Of a stretch of DNA of 32,000 bases, positions 9,525 through 18,124 are shown piece after piece. The notes under the pieces were generated by a model. It was not told the origin of the DNA. It saw only the letters and a list, made by a program, of their open reading frames with translations, and did no database searches. A program made the position numbers and the translations under genes. Numbering within the stretch: position 1 is the stretch's first letter; each line of letters opens with the position of its first letter. Source of the DNA: Candidatus Electrothrix yaqonensis (lineage in GTDB: Bacteria > Desulfobacterota > Desulfobulbia > Desulfobulbales > Desulfobulbaceae); contig CP178758.1 in NCBI GenBank assembly GCA_047651235.1, positions 1,860,001 to 1,892,000 on the forward strand, in the 5' to 3' direction.

Positions 9525-9540
9525 TGGCACATGATATGTA
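9525..9540 (+). promoter_or_regulatory. Weak sigma54 -24/-12-like element (TGGCAC-N5-ATGTA) upstream of the homocitrate-synthase-like gene
   Basis: The -24 hexamer TGGCAC (9525-9530) is perfect. The -12 element reads ATGTA instead of TTGCA, so the invariant GC is GT. It lies 66 nt before the ATG at 9606, and a NifA-family activator is encoded immediately downstream. Confidence 0.25.
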
Positions 9541-9605
9541 ATCATTATATCTATAACAGGACTTTTTTGTCGCTATGTATTTTCTGTCAAAGGACAGCAG
9601 AGCAG

Positions 9606-10730
9606 ATGGCCAGCAGGTATTCTGAAATCGAAATTATAGACTCCACCCTCAGGGAAGGAGAACAGACACCATCCGTGATCTATACGGACAAGGCTCGACA
9701 AAGTATTATTGCCGGGCTGCATCGGGTTCAGGTCAACGAAATTGAATTGGGGGTTGCTGCAGCGGTCCATACCCATCTGCCCCGGCTTGTCAAAAAGGCC
9801 CGGAGGATAACCGCCGGTTCCTGCCGTCTTGCTCTCTGGTCCCGTTGTTTGAGAGAAGATATCGCCTTTGCCGCAGGCTGCCGTCCCGATGTTCTCTCGC
9901 TCTCCGTTCCGGTGTCGGACAGCCATATTCAGAAGAGGCTACGCAAAGAAAGACCGTGGGTCAAGGAAAATCTTGCCAGCGCCATCCGTCAGGCCCTGAA
10001 ATCGGGCATCCCGTTCGTTTCTGTCGGACTGGAGGATGCCAGCCGCGCAGAACCCGATTTTCTGATTGAAATTGCGCAGACGGCGGCAAAAAATGGGGCG
10101 GGCCGGATACGCCTGGCAGATACCGTCGGCATCGGCTCTCCGGGCAGCATTGCCGGACTTGTTCTGGCTGTGAAAGAAGCCGTGCCAGGAATAAAAATCG
10201 GCGTGCATTGTCATAACGATTTCGGCATGGGCACGGCTAACTCTATTGCCGCCTTGGAGGCGGGGGCGGACTGCCTTGACGCCACAGTGCTCGGCATCGG
10301 AGAACGGGCCGGAAACTGCCGCCTTGAAGAGGTGATCGGCTTTCTTTCGTTGGTGCACGGTAATACGAGGTATCGACCTGATTTTCTCCCCGATCTTTGC
10401 CGGACCGTTGCCAAGGCGACCGGAAAAAGTATTGCTGATAATCATCCCTTGATCGGATCTGAAATTTTCACCTGTGAAAGCGGTCTGCACCAGCATGGCC
10501 TGCACATTAAGCCGGAGATGTACGAGCCCTATGCACCGGAACGGGTCGGCGGAACCAGAAGGCTCCGGTTCGGCAGTAAAACCGGGAGAAAGGCTGTCCA
10601 GCTGCAGCTGAAAAAGGCGGGCATACGGCTGGATGAAACGCAGATCGGACAGCTTGTCCACCGCATCCGTTCCGGCGGTTGCGCCCTGAATGAAGAACAG
10701 CTCCTCCGCTTTGCCGTGGAGGGCTGCTGA
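9606..10730 (+). CDS. nifV: Homocitrate synthase-like (NifV / HMGL-like, LeuA-CimA superfamily) protein
   Basis: I trimmed the start to the Met at 9606 (MASRYSEIEIIDSTLREGEQ). The upstream 80 codons of the ORF run through AT-rich intergenic sequence. Motifs: LREGEQ, HCHNDFGMGTANSIAALEAGA, TVLGIGERAGNCRLEEV. Its length of about 375 aa, with no LeuA regulatory domain, fits NifV-type enzymes. The gene symbol is tentative. Confidence 0.65.
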   Translation: MASRYSEIEIIDSTLREGEQTPSVIYTDKARQSIIAGLHRVQVNEIELGVAAAVHTHLPRLVKKARRITAGSCRLALWSRCLREDIAFAAGCRPDVLSLSVPVSDSHIQKRLRKERPWVKENLASAIRQALKSGIPFVSVGLEDASRAEPDFLIEIAQTAAKNGAGRIRLADTVGIGSPGSIAGLVLAVKEAVPGIKIGVHCHNDFGMGTANSIAALEAGADCLDATVLGIGERAGNCRLEEVIGFLSLVHGNTRYRPDFLPDLCRTVAKATGKSIADNHPLIGSEIFTCESGLHQHGLHIKPEMYEPYAPERVGGTRRLRFGSKTGRKAVQLQLKKAGIRLDETQIGQLVHRIRSGGCALNEEQLLRFAVEGC

Positions 10731-10754
10731 ACTGTTGAAGACAAGGAGATGATC

Positions 10755-12374
<1,620 letters not shown>

Positions 12375-12400
12375 ACAGAAGGATTAAAACAGAAGGCGTT

Positions 12401-12424
12401 CCGGGAAATTCAGGGATTTCCCGG
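12401..12424. terminator. 9-bp perfect hairpin (CCGGGAAAT-tcaggg-ATTTCCCGG) between convergent genes
   Basis: Read directly from the sequence. It lies between the stop of the + strand activator (12374) and the stop of the - strand small membrane protein (12459). Neither side has a clear U-tract. Confidence 0.5.
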
Positions 12425-12458
12425 CGCAGTTGTCTGTCAGTCAGAGGCAGTCGTTGGT

Positions 12459-12704
12459 TTAAGCATTGCGTTTAAAAAAAATAATGATACCTGTCACGGT
12501 GACGGTGAGCAGACCCAGCCCTGCAATACACCCGATATAGGGCATAATAATTTCCCAGGTGTGTATAGAAACTAAAGACTCTTTTATGTCCTTACTGTAG
12601 ACCCCTGCTTTCCGGAACAGGAGTAGACAGCCTGAACAGGACAGGAGCAGGAAGAACGGGGCAAAGGTGATAGCGGTCAGTCTGTGCAGTTTTCTGATTT
12701 TCAT
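12459..12704 (-). CDS. Small two-TM membrane protein, PepSY-associated-TM-like
   Basis: 81 aa. The KLHRLTAITFAPFFLLL and IHTWEIIMPYIGCIAGLGLLTVTVTGIIIFF segments resemble the PepSY_TM helix pattern. It starts 20 nt downstream of the kinase gene. Confidence 0.5.
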   Translation of the reverse strand: MKIRKLHRLTAITFAPFFLLLSCSGCLLLFRKAGVYSKDIKESLVSIHTWEIIMPYIGCIAGLGLLTVTVTGIIIFFKRNA

Positions 12705-12723
12705 GAAACTCCTCCTTGCAATT

Positions 12724-14199
12724 TTATTTTAGAAAGAACAGAATAACTCCGTGTATAATGCGTGTAATAGACGGCTTGGCCTTGGCCGATGATTCTCCCA
12801 CCGCATCATGCGGCGGCAGGGTGACAGTGAAACAGGTTCCCCCGGATTCCACATTACGGACGGAGATATCACCCTGATGCGCTTGGATAATCGCCTTGGT
12901 TATGCTCAGGCCGAGGCCGGTTCCCTCTATCGTTTTCACATTCTCTGACCGGTAGAATTTGTTAAAGATCTGTTCAAGCGCGTCTTCGGGAATGCCGATG
13001 CCGGTATCCCGGACAGTCAGTTCCAACCGGTTTCCCAGGCAACGCAGAGAGACAGAAACCGAACCTTCGGGAGTATTATAATATACAGCATTCTCAAGAA
13101 GATTCGATATTGCTTCCGTCAGAGCATCTTTATCTCCTGATACTGTTACATCATCATTTTCCTCCCGAATAATTCTGATACGGTTTTCTTTTGCCAGAGG
13201 CGCGACAAGCTGTACAGCATTGTCAAGACACCAATTCAGAGAAATCGGGTGAGAGGCCGTGGACAGGATGCCCGAATCGATCCGGGCCAGAGTCAGCAAG
13301 CCGTTCACCTGCCGAAGCATGGTGTCGGACACATCCCTGACTTCCCGTAGACTGCCGGCATAGTCTTCCCCCGGGCGTTCCTTCATCAGGGCAATATCGC
13401 ATTCCGCCCGGATAACTGCCAGCGGGGTTTTCAGCTCATGAGCCGCATTGGCGATCAGCTCTTTTTCCGCCTCAAAGGCGGTCTGCAGGCGTGCCAGCAA
13501 GGCGTTGAACCGTTCTGCAAAAACCTGCAGCTCACAGGCAAAACCGTTCGGCCCGACTCTCTCGCCCAAGTTTTTATGGGTAATCTGTTCCAGGGCTGCG
13601 GAAAAAGCAGTCAGTGGTCGGAGAGCATGGGATGATATGGCGTATCCGATAATTCCGGTCAGCACAACAAAAAACGGCGTAAGGAGATAAAAAAATCTTT
13701 CCAGCGTGTTGAGCATGGCAATGGTTTCCGTCAGCGTCTCGGCAACCCGTACGGAAACCACTTTGTTCTTAAATTCAAAATCATGTCGGAGCACGAGAAG
13801 AGGCTCCCTGTCCGGTCCGGTTGTCCGGTATATCCATTCCCTGTTCTCCTTATCGTATGATTCCGGTGAACCGGAGATCAGATTGAACATATGGGGCTGC
13901 AGAGAGGGTGAGGTCAGGTGCAGGGTGTCTTCTATATATATCTGATAATAATGTCCTGAATTTGGAATAGAATATTCACCCTGAGCGACTTCGGCAAGCT
14001 CGATTTCGACAAAATCTCCGTGCGCATGGATCAGGCCTATCATGATCTGCAGCTTGGAGTGCAGAATATTGTCAATTGAATGAAAGGCAACATGCTCGAA
14101 TTTCTGCAGCAGAACAAAGTCAAGAACAAGCACCATACCTGAACCGAAGAGAAAAATCGAGAGCAGCAGTCGTCCTTTTATTGAACCTCCGGATTTCAT
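12724..14199 (-). CDS. Sensor histidine kinase (two TM helices, periplasmic domain, HAMP, HisKA, HATPase_c)
   Basis: H-box NAAHELKTPLAVI, N-box LLENAVYYN, G1 VRDTGIGIP, G2 GTGLGLSI. Two TM segments flank a loop of about 150 aa. A strong SD (GGAGGAGGA) precedes the ATG at 14199. Confidence 0.9.
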   Translation of the reverse strand: MKSGGSIKGRLLLSIFLFGSGMVLVLDFVLLQKFEHVAFHSIDNILHSKLQIMIGLIHAHGDFVEIELAEVAQGEYSIPNSGHYYQIYIEDTLHLTSPSLQPHMFNLISGSPESYDKENREWIYRTTGPDREPLLVLRHDFEFKNKVVSVRVAETLTETIAMLNTLERFFYLLTPFFVVLTGIIGYAISSHALRPLTAFSAALEQITHKNLGERVGPNGFACELQVFAERFNALLARLQTAFEAEKELIANAAHELKTPLAVIRAECDIALMKERPGEDYAGSLREVRDVSDTMLRQVNGLLTLARIDSGILSTASHPISLNWCLDNAVQLVAPLAKENRIRIIREENDDVTVSGDKDALTEAISNLLENAVYYNTPEGSVSVSLRCLGNRLELTVRDTGIGIPEDALEQIFNKFYRSENVKTIEGTGLGLSITKAIIQAHQGDISVRNVESGGTCFTVTLPPHDAVGESSAKAKPSITRIIHGVILFFLK

Positions 14200-14302
14200 T
14201 CCTCCTCCTTCGCGATGCAGCAGTCTGCTTCTTTTATCGAGATCAGGTTGCGGTTGCTTCAGCTTTAATCATGAGTTGTCCTCTTTTCTACAGTACCACA
14301 AA

Positions 14303-14336
14303 AAGATGAACAGAAGATGAACGGTAATTTTTTTTG
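14303..14336 (-). promoter_or_regulatory. Operator copy 2: 11-bp-phased direct repeat (minus strand CAAAAAAAATTACCGTTCATCTTCTGTTCATCTT) upstream of the kinase gene
   Basis: On the plus strand, AAGATGAACA at 14303-14312 and AAGATGAACG at 14314-14323 are followed by GTAATTTTTTTTG. It is near-identical to the element at 18091-18124. It lies about 104 nt upstream of the kinase ATG. Confidence 0.6.
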
Positions 14337-14434
14337 CAGAACAAAATACGGGAGAAGGACGAGAGAAGGGCGGGAGAGGGCTGAACAGGAAAAAGTGAGA
14401 AATACGTGTCGTCAAAAAGAGACATCGCTCAAGG

Positions 14435-14462
14435 TACCGGGATACACAGATGTATCCCGGTA
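14435..14462 (-). terminator. 11-bp perfect hairpin (TACCGGGATAC-acagat-GTATCCCGGTA) just downstream of the DUF5666-like gene
   Basis: Read directly. It begins 19 nt after the stop at 14481 on the minus strand. A T-run follows only after about 15 nt, so a terminator or RNA-stabilising role is uncertain. Confidence 0.45.
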
Positions 14463-14480
14463 TGTGCGGTTTTAGCGATT

Positions 14481-15083
14481 TTACTTCGTCGCTTTGATTT
14501 CAAACTCGGAAGCGGTAAAAACACCGTCAATACGGCTTCCTTTGGCTGTGATCTTCGAGCCGACCCCGGCTTTGGATTGATCTCCTTTGATTACAGTTTG
14601 TTCAGTAATCTTGATTTTCCTGCCCTCCACTTTCCAGATACCGTAGGGCCAGTTGAGCGGGGGCATCTCATCCACTGTCCCGGTAATCTCGCCGCTCAGG
14701 CCCGGATCAGTTCCTTCCTGCATCTGCATATGGTAGGCTTTAAATTTGCTGCCTGAGAGCCATTTACCTTCGATCTGAATCGAGGAACCGACTTCGGGCG
14801 TTCCTTTTATATCAGTGGATTCCGACACGATGACCTCGCTGCCGTCCACAATCAACGGGTCTGTAGAACCCACCACGCCGCGAAAGAAGACTTCCTCTCT
14901 TTCACTGGAGAAGTCGCCCTGGTACATCATATGCGTCTTCTCTTCGCTGAGTCCTTTCTGCCCTGCCGCCTGTACAGATGTTAACGGCAGCAGGAGCATC
15001 ATGACGGATACAACCAGAAACAAGACACGGCATTGATTACGGTGACTACGGAATAGTGTGTTGGATGATTGCAGAGTGTACAT
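14481..15083 (-). CDS. Secreted protein with two DUF5666-like beta-rich repeats
   Basis: 200 aa with a signal peptide (VLFLVVSVMMLLLPLTSVQA/AGQ). The repeats are FRGVVGSTDPLIVDGSEVIVSESTDIKGTPEVGSSIQIEGKW and ITGTVDEM...WKVEGRKIKITEQTVIKGDQSKAGVGSKITAKG. A strong SD (AGGAGG, 7-nt spacer) precedes the start. Confidence 0.55.
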   Translation of the reverse strand: MYTLQSSNTLFRSHRNQCRVLFLVVSVMMLLLPLTSVQAAGQKGLSEEKTHMMYQGDFSSEREEVFFRGVVGSTDPLIVDGSEVIVSESTDIKGTPEVGSSIQIEGKWLSGSKFKAYHMQMQEGTDPGLSGEITGTVDEMPPLNWPYGIWKVEGRKIKITEQTVIKGDQSKAGVGSKITAKGSRIDGVFTASEFEIKATK

Positions 15084-15125
15084 ACATTTACCTCCTTCGG
15101 TATAATTTATTGCATTATTGTGTTA

Positions 15126-15572
15126 TTATTTAATCCCGTAAAAACTACGGAATCTGTTGTCTGAAAGCAGAATTTCTTCATGCCCTTCATGTTCAGAGAT
15201 CTGCTGTTCTGGTTGTTTATGCAGCGGACTGAGTCTATCATGATATCGATCAAACAGCTCATTCAAAAAAGAATGTCTGGGAAATTCATCATGCAGGCTC
15301 AGGGTGCAGACAATAAACATCATCGGCAGCAATGCGCTGACTGCTCCGGCCAGCGGAAAATACCACGAGGCCTGGTACGGCGCTTTCCTGTCACGTACGA
15401 TGTGCCTGATGAAACAGCCGACGAAGAAACCTCCTGCCAGTGCCGCTATGATGAGCGGAACAAGGTCTATCGAGGAGAACATGATGCCGACATGCAGGAT
15501 AGCAACAGAACTGAGCGAACCTGCAGGAACAACTAGGCAGCAGCCGAAAAGTCGTTTTACTGAGGATTTCAT
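15126..15572 (-). CDS. Small integral membrane protein with a His-rich cytoplasmic tail (unknown function)
   Basis: I trimmed the start to the Met at 15572, which is preceded by CAGGAGATCAGT (AGGAG, 6-nt spacer). About 3-4 hydrophobic helices are followed by HDEFPRH...YHDRLSPLH...SEHEGHEE. Confidence 0.5.
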   Translation of the reverse strand: MKSSVKRLFGCCLVVPAGSLSSVAILHVGIMFSSIDLVPLIIAALAGGFFVGCFIRHIVRDRKAPYQASWYFPLAGAVSALLPMMFIVCTLSLHDEFPRHSFLNELFDRYHDRLSPLHKQPEQQISEHEGHEEILLSDNRFRSFYGIK

Positions 15573-15694
15573 ACTGATCTCCTGAGCGTGTATATTTTTG
15601 AACCGGAAACGTAATATACCGCTCTCCCTTACAATTTTGATGCCCAATTGACAATCTGTTTTTTTTAGTCGGCTCCGGGAATGAACCGAATCAG

Positions 15695-15739
15695 ATAAAA
15701 AAGCTGTAAGAGCCGCCTTGTTCCCGGCAATTCTTACAG
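15695..15739 (-). terminator. Rho-independent terminator after the Met-rich gene pair
   Basis: The minus strand reads CTGTAAGA-att-GCCG-ggaacaagg-CGGC-TCTTACAG followed by CTTTTTTAT. That gives 12 bp of pairing with a small bulge and then a T-run. It lies 29 nt downstream of the stop at 15768. Confidence 0.7.
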
Positions 15740-15767
15740 TTCCTACATTTTTCTTGCTGCAGAAAAA

Positions 15768-16091
15768 TTAACGGATTGTCATGCGTTCCGTCTGCTGGGC
15801 TTTTATCTGAGCGCGAATTTTCTCCATCATGACAGGCTGAACTATAGGCTGGATACTATCCTGCATGAAATTTTGGGGAACACGCTCGGCCATCATTTTG
15901 GTGCGCATTTCATTCTGCAGCAGCAAAGCAGCGAAATTCTGCTTGATCGTCTCCTGCTGCATCCGGTTTAATAACTGATCAACCGTTGCTTCAATGGTCC
16001 TGGTATCTATCTGCGTTGCAGCAGAAGCAGAGCCGGACATAATTAAACCGGCAGTCAGTCCGAAGACGAGCCGTATTATCATCTTTTTCAT
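15768..16091 (-). CDS. Secreted Met/Gln-rich small protein (paralog of the 218-aa protein upstream)
   Basis: 107 aa with a signal peptide ending in SGSASA/AT. By my count, 8 Met in about 83 mature residues. It shares ...R..M.ER....N......QPVMM with the neighbouring gene product. Confidence 0.6.
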   Translation of the reverse strand: MKKMIIRLVFGLTAGLIMSGSASAATQIDTRTIEATVDQLLNRMQQETIKQNFAALLLQNEMRTKMMAERVPQNFMQDSIQPIVQPVMMEKIRAQIKAQQTERMTIR

Positions 16092-16230
16092 TTTCCTTCC
16101 TCTATTTGGTGTTAACTTTAACGTTAACAGGCCGCCCCCTTCTGGAGGTCAGTTCAGTCAATTCCCTCAGCAGAGCAGAATAACAGTAAGGACTGCAATC
16201 AACAGAATGCCGAGCAGGATTATCATCAGA

Positions 16231-16887
16231 TCAGCAGTTCGGCTGGCCGTCGTTTTTATCAGAGCAGGTCTCTCTGTTCAGCTCCCTGTTCAGAATTGAT
16301 TTGACTATTGCAATCCTCCTGTTTCTTTCAGTAACATTGATTGCCGTTGAGGTTTCTGTTGAATTGAGGATATTGCTCATCATGACCGGCTGCATTCCGG
16401 CACGCAGCGGATTGTCCTTCATGCGCTCCTGCATCATCCTGCCCTGCACGACACGCGCCACAGCCGGATCAGAAGATATCTCCTGAATGGTCGTTTTAAT
16501 CTTTTCCGCCATCTTCCGATTAACAGCCGCCTGGGTTTCCGCATCAAGTACATCTGTCTGCGCTGAAACGACAAATTCGATCGGGGTCATGGCTCTGCAC
16601 TCCATGCACGTTTCGATGACTGAGGCGCTTTTTCTTGCAGCCGTGCTTTTTTTCACGGCTTCGCTGGCTGTGGCCATCATTCTCTGCTGTATTTCGCTGA
16701 ATGCGGTCTGGTCGGGAAAAACTTTCAGCACAACACTGTTTGCCTTTTTTTCCATTGTCTGTGCTGCAAGGTTCCGCGTTTCGGCATCAAATGTCTGTGC
16801 TGATGCTGAACCAGCTGAACCGGTGGAAAAAAGAATGCCTGCTGCCATCATCGCGATAAAATTTCTACCTGTTTTCATCTTGTTCAC
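16231..16887 (-). CDS. Secreted Met-rich protein with an internally duplicated domain and a CxxC motif (unknown function)
   Basis: 218 aa with a signal peptide (AAGILFSTGSAGSASA/QT). Two related segments begin FDAETRNLAAQTMEKK... and LDAETQAAVNRKMAEK.... The motifs QQRMMATA, QGRMMQERM and GMQPVMM are present. A CMEC sits between the repeats, and the C-terminal sequence is CSDKNDGQPNC. Confidence 0.6.
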   Translation of the reverse strand: MNKMKTGRNFIAMMAAGILFSTGSAGSASAQTFDAETRNLAAQTMEKKANSVVLKVFPDQTAFSEIQQRMMATASEAVKKSTAARKSASVIETCMECRAMTPIEFVVSAQTDVLDAETQAAVNRKMAEKIKTTIQEISSDPAVARVVQGRMMQERMKDNPLRAGMQPVMMSNILNSTETSTAINVTERNRRIAIVKSILNRELNRETCSDKNDGQPNC

Positions 16888-16950
16888 TCCTTTATTTCTA
16901 TTAATAAGGGTTAATCCTTGTCATTGTTTATACCTTAGTGTAACAAAGGC

Positions 16951-16972
16951 AGTATGAACGGCAGATGAAACA
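16951..16972 (-). promoter_or_regulatory. Operator copy 3 (degenerate): ATGAAC-N5-ATGAAA, phased by 11 bp, upstream of the Met-rich gene
   Basis: The plus strand reads agtATGAACggcagATGAAAcag. The minus strand reads CTGTTTCATCTGCCGTTCATACT and is preceded by GCAAAAACTTCCT, the same A-tract/TTCC context as copies 1 and 2. It lies about 65 nt upstream of the ATG at 16887, and a TATAAA follows downstream. Confidence 0.45.
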
Positions 16973-17297
16973 GAGGAAGTTTTTGCAAAAAAATAAAAAA
17001 TTTTTGTTTTTTACTCCAACCTCTTGTTTATAAAGACAAAATTAAAGTATCGACGTGCAGCTCCCTGTCCAGAACGGTACAAAAAATTGTATAACAGGGG
17101 GGGGTGGATACTTTTTACTCGGTGCTGCCGGTTAAACGGTACGCCGCTTTATCCGGCAGACCGACTGCATCAGGACGCTCAGGAAGTCAAGAAGAGGTCA
17201 GAGAATCTGCCAGACCATAGATGCAAGATGTAATCCGGAAAAGAAGAAATGAACGGAAAGGAGCCTGGTTAGACGGAACAGGGCGGGGAAAAGAAAT

Positions 17298-17336
17298 GGA
17301 GGATGAGCTGTTTTTCTTCCGGTATGCGCATCCTCC
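17298..17336 (-). terminator. Possible terminator after the response-regulator gene (8-bp stem GGAGGATG/CATCCTCC, 23-nt loop, then a T-rich tail on the minus strand)
   Basis: Read directly. The large loop makes this weak. Confidence 0.3.
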
Positions 17337-17341
17337 GGCCT

Positions 17342-18019
17342 TCATTCCTCCCCCCTGGGAATGTAATACCCTGCACCCCGTTTGGTGAGGATCAGCTTGC
17401 GGTCGTGCCCTTGATCTATTTTTCTGCGCAGTTTGTTGATATAGACGTCTATGATATTGCTGTCCAGATCGAAATTGATGTCGTAGACGTGTTCGGAGAA
17501 TTCCGTCCTGCTGATGACTCTGCCCCGGTTCAGGGCAAGATATTCAAACACGGCATATTCTTTGGCGGAAAGGATAATATCTTGCCCGCTCCGTGTGACC
17601 GTTTTGGCATCCAGGTCAAGACAGAGATCCCCGATATGCAGCAGTGAAGCAGGCTGTCCTTTGTTCCGCCTGATCACTGCCGTGAGACGGGCAAGGAGTT
17701 CGGCAAAGTCAAAGGGCTTGGGAATATAGTCGTCCGCCCCGATGTTCAGCCCTTTGACCCGGCTCTCCACTTCTGTTCTCGCCGTGAGCATGAGCACCGG
17801 CACCTCAATACCCTTTTTCCGCAAGGCGTCAAGCACGGCAAAGCCATCCATTTTTGGCAGCATGACGTCCAACAGAACAGCGTCATAGGGAAAGTGCTCG
17901 GCCATATACAGCCCCTCTTCACCGTCAAAACACAGATCAACAGCGTAGGAATGCTCTTCAAGACCTTTTTTCAGAAGCGCGGCCAGCCTCTGCTCATCTT
18001 CAACAATAAGAACTTTCAT
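17342..18019 (-). CDS. OmpR/PhoB-family response regulator (REC plus winged-helix Trans_reg_C)
   Basis: 225 aa. Motifs: MKVLIVEDE, phospho-acceptor context LLDVMLPKMDG, KPF, and the C-terminal wHTH (LSAKEYAVFEYLALNRGRVISR...VYINKLRRKID...TKRGAGYYI). Confidence 0.92.
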   Translation of the reverse strand: MKVLIVEDEQRLAALLKKGLEEHSYAVDLCFDGEEGLYMAEHFPYDAVLLDVMLPKMDGFAVLDALRKKGIEVPVLMLTARTEVESRVKGLNIGADDYIPKPFDFAELLARLTAVIRRNKGQPASLLHIGDLCLDLDAKTVTRSGQDIILSAKEYAVFEYLALNRGRVISRTEFSEHVYDINFDLDSNIIDVYINKLRRKIDQGHDRKLILTKRGAGYYIPRGEE

Positions 18020-18090
18020 TGCCGTTCGCTTTCTCCTTTGCTGATGTGTAGCAGAAAAATGCTTCGTTGCTCTTTCTTTTTACTGGAAGT

Positions 18091-18124
18091 AAGATGAACA
18101 AAAGATGAACAGGAATTTTTTTTG
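18091..18124 (-). promoter_or_regulatory. Operator copy 1: 11-bp-phased perfect direct repeat (minus strand CAAAAAAAATTCCTGTTCATCTTTTGTTCATCTT) upstream of the response-regulator gene
   Basis: On the plus strand, AAGATGAACA at 18091-18100 and again at 18102-18111 are followed by GGAATTTTTTTTG. It lies 72 nt upstream of the regulator ATG (18019). Direct repeats one helical turn apart are the usual architecture of OmpR/PhoB-family sites. Confidence 0.6.

Noticed and set aside
9366-9605. N-terminal extensions of track ORFs (this one, plus 7365-7451, 15573-15647, 20207-20248 and 21659-21802)
   Set aside because: In each case an internal Met gives a family-typical N-terminus, and in three cases a better SD. 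The extension either runs into the upstream gene or through AT-rich intergenic sequence.
16111-16128. GTTAACTTTAACGTTAAC, three TTAAC units between the two Met-rich genes
   Set aside because: It is very short, AT-rich and unique in the window, so I cannot distinguish it from chance.
17097-17104. G8 homopolymer in the 454-bp gap between the regulator and the Met-rich gene (possible phase-variation tract)
   Set aside because: It is not inside a coding region or between identifiable -35/-10 elements. A single tract with no supporting context is weak. The extra half-site-like strings nearby (ATGTAA at 17228, ATGAAC at 17249, 21 bp apart) are too degenerate to call.
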